A stretch of 62,983 bases of DNA, counting the filler, from Choristocarpus tenellus KU-1152 (taxonomy: Eukaryota; Protista; Phaeophyceae): the NCBI GenBank assembly GCA_964200185.2. It is 13 parts of 13 records of this genome, joined end to end, with 100 filler letters (N's around TTAATTAATTAA, not from the genome) between each part and the next. Parts side by side here need not be neighbours in the genome. Positions count along the whole stretch, not along the records: positions 60,266 to 62,983 come from CAXNAD020025337.1; 12 more parts are not named here. One strand, given 5' to 3'. Positions 62,394 through 62,983 of the stretch are shown piece after piece (the stretch's first letter is position 1; each line of letters opens with the position of its first letter). The notes beneath the pieces are model-generated. The model ran no database searches. It was not told the origin of the DNA and saw nothing but the letters and a program-made list of their open reading frames with translations. The position numbers were made by a program, and so were the translations under genes.

Positions 62394-62983
62394 GTATGAT
62401 AAGGGGTCTATTTCACACCAAACATATTTTGTCTTGCATTGACAGTAACAGGAATATATCTCCTGCACACTGAGGTATTGTCATTGGCACAGGGGGTTTG
62501 ACTGCAAGAGTAGGGCTCAATGTATATAATACATATGCGAGGTGGTTCTCAATTTTTGGGTCTTGATGCCTCTCAGCAAACAGGTTTCACCTCCTTTTGT
62601 TCACTCTACACCCTACCAACCCCAAGACCCACACTAGTACAATTGTGCACCAGATGAGTTTATGATATTTTGTGGAGCTGGTTTTATAGAACAGTTTTTT
62701 GGTTTGGTTTGGGTTTGTAGTACCCGGAATCCCCTAAAACACTATTCTCAGTGGGTTGGGTTGGGTAGTGTACAATGTGACCTGGTATTTGAGGAGAAAT
62801 TGTTCAGGACCTCAGGTATGATTTCCACTAGGATAGCATGTGCTTGAAGATGAAAGAGAAGAATCACTAAGTGAATACCTTGTACTGTGTTCTGCGGGCT
62901 AATATTTCTGCCTACCAGACTTGGCTCAAAGCATTTGCGAGGGGGTGGCGGCTGTCCATTTGGGGTCGATTTTTTCATGTCGC

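Overview
Eukaryotic, intron-rich (mostly GT-AG) draft-genome sequence made of 13 contigs joined by twelve 100-bp synthetic linkers (N44-TTAATTAATTAA-N44), so adjacency across linkers is not evidence of linkage. The gene content suggests a flagellated stramenopile alga of brown-algal type (inference only). Exon chains I could splice by hand: a secreted AA15-like LPMO (2037-3342, 3' end missing), a type II membrane protein (3892-6145), organellar GTPase Der (minus, 12279-13808), a G-patch protein (14415-15509), a flavin amine oxidase (minus, 16571-17285), the 3' half of outer-arm dynein intermediate chain DNAI1 (minus, 23593-28427), a type II membrane sulfotransferase-like protein (minus, 29525-32776), a KP-43/TagC-type S8 subtilisin (minus, 39363-43811), a DHRS7-like SDR with Asn in place of the catalytic Tyr (45069-46353), and three uncharacterised genes, one built from a repeated WLxxAxxSG motif. 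Mobile DNA is dense: a dead CRE-clade non-LTR RT, several Ty1/Copia remnants including a nested Copia-in-Copia with a 333-bp LTR and half-tRNA-iMet PBS, and a TA-flanked palindromic MITE. The most distinctive feature is a set of MITE families with different bodies that share one terminus (G-N4-AAAGTATCT) and a subterminal GTCCATTTGG box, make 3(-4)-bp target duplications of variable sequence, and in one family carry G/C tracts that coincide with many contig breaks. Other signals worth checking are recurrent AAG|GCAAGA GC-type splice donors and an apparent contrast between CpG-rich gene starts and CpG-poor gene bodies.
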